From the NCBI GenBank assembly GCA_030390025.1, contig CM059438.1, positions 55,678,001 through 55,742,000 of the forward strand: a stretch of DNA of 64,000 bases. The letters run 5' to 3'. Under the pieces are notes generated by a model. That model did not search any database. It worked only from the letters and a program-made list of their open reading frames with translations, and had not been told where the DNA came from. A program made the translations under genes and the position numbers. Positions 55,901 to 61,900 of the stretch are shown in pieces. The number at the start of each line of letters is the position of its first letter. The first letter of the stretch is position 1. The stretch is from Squalus acanthias. Taxonomy: Eukaryota.

Positions 55901-58900
55901 GATTTCAAATAAAGCTGTTGGACTATAACCTGGTGTTGTGTGACTTCTCACATCTGAAGAAAGATATTAGAGGGATATCCAATAATTAAAAAGGCTAATA
56001 GAATGATGGCCTTTATCTCAAGGGGCCTGGAATACAAAAGGGGTGGAAGTTTTTTTTACAGTTATATAAAGCTCTGGTTAGACTCCATCTGGACACTGCG
56101 TTCAGTTCTGGGCACCGGGCCTCAGGAAGGACAGACTGGCCTTGGAGGGTCGGGCAGCGTAGATTCACCAGAATGATCCCGGGGCTAAATGAGTTAAATT
56201 ATGGGGACAGGTTGCATAGACCAGGCTTGTATTCCCTTGAATATAGAAGATTAAGGGGTGATCTGAGGTGTTTAAGATGATTAAAGGATTCGATAGGATT
56301 GATAGAAACTATTTCCTCTGGTGGGGGGAGTCCAGAACAAAGGGGCATAACATTAAAATTAGAGCCAGGCCGTTCAGGGTGAAATCAGGAAGCACTTCTT
56401 CACACATAGGGTAGTGGAAATCTGGAACTCTCTCCCCCAAAAAGCTGTTGAAGCTGGGGGGTCAATTGAAAATTTCAAAACTGAGAGCGATAGATTTTTG
56501 TTAGGTAAGGGTAATAAGGTTACGGAACCAAGTCGGGTAGATGGAGTTAAGATACAGATCAGCCATGATCTAATTTTTTTTTTTAAATTCGTTTTTATGG
56601 GATGTGGGCGTCACTGGCAAGGCCAGCATTTATTGCCCATCCCTAATTGCCCTTGAGAAGGTGGTGGTGAGCCACCTTCTTGAACCGCTGCAGTCCGTGT
56701 GGTGAAGGTACTCCCACAGTGCTGTTAGGTAGGGAGTTCCAGGATTTTGACCCAGCGACGACGAAGGAACGGTGATATATTTCCAAATCAGGATGGTGTG
56801 TGACTTAGAGGGGAACTTGGAGTTGATGGTGTTCCCATGCGTCTGCTGCCCTTGTCCTTCTAGGTGGAAGAGGTCGAGGGTTTGGGAGGTGCTGCCGCAG
56901 AAGCCTTGGTGAGTTGCTGCAGTGCATCTTGTAAATGGTACAGTGTTGTTGGAGCTGCACTCATCCAGGCAAGTGGAGAGTATTCCATCACACTCCTTAC
57001 TTGTGCCTTGTAGATGGTGGAAAGGCTTTGGGGAGTCAGGTGAGACACTCGCCGCAGAATACCCAGCCTCTGACCTGCTCTTGTTGCCACAGTATTTATG
57101 TGGCTGGTCCAGTTAAGTTTCTGGTCAATGGTGACCCCCACAATGTTGATGGTGGGGGATTCGGTGATGGTAATGCCGTTGAATGTCAAGGGGCAGTGGT
57201 TAGACTCTCGCTTGTTGGAAATAGTCATTGCCTGGCACTTGTGTGGCGCGAATGTTACCTGCCACTTATCAGCCCAAGCCTGAACGTCGTCTTGTTGCGT
57301 GCGGGCATGGGCTGCTTCACTGTCTAAGGAGTTGTGAATGGTGCTGAACACTGCAGGCATCAGCGAACAGCCCCATTTTTGACCTTATGTTGGAAGGAAG
57401 GTCATTGATGAAGCAACTGAAGATGGTTGGGCCTAGGACACTACCCTGAGGAACTCCTGCAGCGATGTCCTGGGGCTGTGATGATTGAATTACCACAACC
57501 ATCTTCCTTTATGCTAGGTATGACTCCTGCCAGTGGAGCGTTTCCCCCGATTCCCATTGACTTCAGATTTACTAGGGCTCTTTGATGCCATACTCGGTGA
57601 AATGCTGCCTTGATGTCAAGGGCAGTCACTCTCACCTCACCTCAGGAATTCAGCTCCTTTGTCCATGTTTGGACCAAGGCTGTAATGAGGTCGGGAGCCG
57701 AGTGGTCTTGGCGGAACCCAAACTGGGCATCAGTGAGCAGGCTTTTGGTGAGTAAGTGCCGCTTGATAGCACTGTCGACGACACCTTCCATCACTTTGCT
57801 GATGATTGAGAGTAGACTGATGGGGCGGTAATTGGCTGGGTTGGATTTGTCCTGCTTTTTGTGGACAGGACATAGCTGGGCAGTTTTCCACATTGTCGGA
57901 TAGATGCCAGTGTTGTAGCTGTACTGGAACAGCCTGGCTAGAGGCGCGGCTAGTTCTGGAGCACAAGTCTTCAGCACGATAGCCGGGATGTTGTCAGGGC
58001 CCAAGCCTTTGCTGTATCCAGTGCGCTCAGCCGTTTCTTGATATCACGTGGAGTGAATCGAATTGGCTGAAGACTGGTTACTGTGATGGTGGGGACCTCA
58101 GGAGTAGACCGATATGGATCATCCACTCGGCACTTCTGGCTGAAGATGGTTGCAAACGCTTCAGCCTTGTCTTTTGCACTCACGTGCTGGGCTCCACCAA
58201 TTTTGAGGATGGGGATATTCATGGAGCCTCCTCCTCCCTTTAGTTTTTTAATGGTCCACCACCATTCACGACTGGATGTGGCAGGACTGCAGAGCTTTGA
58301 TCTGATCCGTTGATTGTGGGATCGCTTAGCCCTGTCTATAGCATGCTGCTTCCGCTTTTTAGCATGCATGTAGTCCTGTGTTGCAGCTTCCCTTGGTTGG
58401 CACCTCATTTTTAGGTGCGCCTGGTGCTGCTCCTGGCATGCTCTTCTCCGCTCCTTATTGAACCAGGGTTGGTCCCCTGGCTTGATGGCAATGGTAGAGT
58501 GAGGGATATGCCGGGCCATGAGGTTACAGATTGTGGTGGAATACAATTCTGCTGCTGCTGATGGCCCACAGCCCCTCATGGATGCCCAGTTTTGAGCTGC
58601 TAGATCAGTTCTAAGTCTATCCCATTTAGCACAGTGGTAGTGCCACACAACACGATGGAGGGTGTCCTCAGTGTGAAGACAGGACTTCGTCTCCACAATG
58701 ATTGTGCGGTGGTCACTGCTACCAATGCTGTCATGGACAGATGCATCTGCGACAGGTAGATTGGCGAGGACGAGGTCAAGTAGGTTTTTCCCTCGTGTTG
58801 GTTCTCTCACCACCTGTCACAGGCCCAGACTGGCAGCTATGTCCTTCAGGACTCGGCCAGCTCGGTCAGTGGTGATGCTACCGAGCCACTCTTGGTGATG

Positions 58901-61900
58901 GACATTGAAGTCCCCCACCCAGAGTACATTCTGTGCCCTTGCTACTCTCAGTGCTTCTTCTAAGTGGTGTTCAACATGGAGGAGTACTGATTCATCAGCT
59001 GAGGGAGGGCGGTAATCAGCAGGAGGTTTCTTTGCCCGTGCTTGACCTGAAGCCATGAGACTTCATGGGGTCCGGAGTCAATGTTGAGGACTCCCAGGGC
59101 CACTCCCTCCCGACTGTATACCACTGTGCCGCCACCCCTGGTGGGGCAGGACATACCCAGGGATGGTGGTGGAGGAGTCTGGGACATTGGCTGAAAGGTC
59201 TGATTCTCTGAGTATGACTATGTCAGGCTGTTGCTTGACTTGTCTGTGGGACAGCTCTCCCAATTTTGGCACAGATGTTGGCGAGGAGGACTTTGCAGGG
59301 TCGACTGGGCTGGGTGTGCCGGTGCCGTGTCCAGTGCCGAGGTCCGTCCGGTTTCATTCTTATTATTGTTTTTCGTAGCAGTTTGTTACAACGGAGTGGC
59401 TTGCTCGGCCATTTCAGAGGGCAGTTAAGAGTCAACCACATTACTGTGGGTCTGGAGTCACATATAGGCCAGACCGGGTAAGGACGGCAGATTTCCTTCC
59501 CTCAAGGACATTAGTGAAGCAGATTGGTTTCATGGTCACCATTACTGATACTAGCTTTTTATTCCAGATTTATTTAATTAACTGAATTTAAATTCCCCAG
59601 CTGCTGTGGTGGGATTTGAACTCACGTCTCCGGATCATTAGTCCAGGCCTCTGGATTACTAGTCCAGTGACATAACCACTGAGCAGGAAGTCTGAACCAC
59701 TTGTCCAATATCATCTTAATGGAGGCAGGGAATGAACACCTTGAAGAATCTGGCCTGTGCGGTTGTACATCAGGTAATTAATTTGGCACAACAATACCGA
59801 ACAATTTCTACACTTGGTGCGCAATGTGCAATTTGCTGCTCGAGCTCCAAATGAAAATGCTTGTCTGAGTGGATCTGAGCAAGAACAAGTCACCTGCTGC
59901 AAAAATCATTGCCCTAAGCACTCAAAAGGACATTAGTCTTTTCCCTTGTCCGAGATAGATATCCAGTGTCTAATCCACAGAGTTGATGCAATTCACATAT
60001 TAAAGATGAACACCTACCCCCGATTCAGGCTCAATTAAAACATAATCTCTCACCTCAGCAGAAACCTCTCCTACTAGATCCCCACTAGTGAAGCAATCCT
60101 CGGATGACCCAGCAGGATAGGGAGGCACAGGACAATAAAAAACCTACCGAAGAGGCTGTGTCTCTCAGCTCCTCCAACATGGTCTATATCTACATTCAGA
60201 GGCTGCACTGTTTGTGAGAAAGACTGAAAGCTTCACATCTAGTCTGATGTCTTTATTGGGGCACTGGGCCCAGAGCCAGTGGTGCTACCCAATGTTTGCC
60301 CCTGAACTCCAGTGCTGCATATGAGGTTACCTACACATGTGCCCGGGGCACACAGAAGCCTGATCCATTAGGGACCCAGTTTGTTTTTGAGGCCAACATG
60401 GGCAACAAAATTTGAGGAAGGTTTCTTTATTTTTCTCCCCTCCAGACTCTTGTTGGGGAACAGTTGCCCCAAAACCTTCCCTGGCAGATTCTTGCTGAAA
60501 TACAGTTCCTCCCCACCCCACCCACACAGACCGAGGCAGCAGAGGTGACTGGGCAGCCACCAGCAGCAGGGCCCTTTGGCTGAGTCCAGCAGTTGCAGCC
60601 CAACTGCTGCGGCTGATATTAGCCAATTCAGCACAGACCGGCAATCAAACCCTGGGCCTTGTGGTGTGCGTGGCATCTGCCCACGAGGGGCCAGGGGAGC
60701 TTTTACTTTTTTGTTACAGTATAAATGAGGGACTGTTGTAATTCAAGATGTCTGACTGCCAGACATTCCTGTGTCAGCAAGGAGTGGCGGTGAAAGAATT
60801 CTTCACATCGACAAGAGCAAACCTAGGTACACAAGATGGTTTGGAGGCAGAAGATACTCTTACAGTTTTAGAAATATTGGTATAAAACAGTAACTCCTAA
60901 TGGGAGGGAGGAAGGGGAGGAGAGGAAACATTAGAAAACTTTGAAAACAGTTCAGTTGGACAGGACAAGTGCAGTTGAATCCAAACAGAAAATGCTGGAA
61001 ATACTCAGCAGGTCAGGCAGCATCTGCGGAGAGAGAAACAGAGTTAACGTTTCAGGTCGCTGACTTTAGAACTGGAAACTTTTTCCAGTTCTGACGAAGG
61101 GTCATCGACCTGAAACGTTAACTCTGTTTTTCTCTCCACAGATGCTGCCTGACCTGCTGAGTATTTCCAGCATTTTCTGGTTTTATTTCAGATTTCCAGC
61201 ATCCGCAGTATTTTGCTTTTGTGTTGTTGCAGTTGGATCCAACAGGATTAAGGCTTTCATGAGTAACAGGTTAAAACCGAGGCGCCTGACAAGTGCAGAA
61301 TGAATGAGAGCGGAGCCTCTGGTTCCCTGGACCTGTTGAAAAGTTAGTGTGCTCAGTCGTTTGTGGAGTAAACAGAACAAAGCTTCCAAACAGATTGATA
61401 ACATATGTCTATGACCAAAGCCCCAAACATTCTCCACCACCACTTTAAATGGGTTCAGCAGCTTTTCTTCCACACTGTCATTTCAGCAATGGAATAGGAT
61501 TAAACATCATTACCCATTTGTGTTTCTGGCTCATGTCTCGGTCAAACGTAGAATGGAAAGCCTGGATTGAACTGCATTTTACTACTAATAAAGAAACACC
61601 AAGCAACAGTTCCCATCGCACAGGCTCCATAGGCTAGCTTTTTATTCCAGATTTATAAAGAAAATTTTTATTCGTTGATGGGATGTGGGCGTTGCTGGCA
61701 AGGCCAGCATTTATTGCCAATCCCTAATTGCCCTGGTGGTGAGCCGCCTTCTTGAACCACTGCAGTCCGTGTGGTGAAGGTACTCCCACAGTGCTGTGAG
61801 GGAGGGAGTTCCAGGATTTTGACCCAGCGACGATGAAGGAATGGCGATGTGCTTCTAAGTCAGGATGGTGTGTGACTTGCAGGGGAACTTGGAGGTGGTG

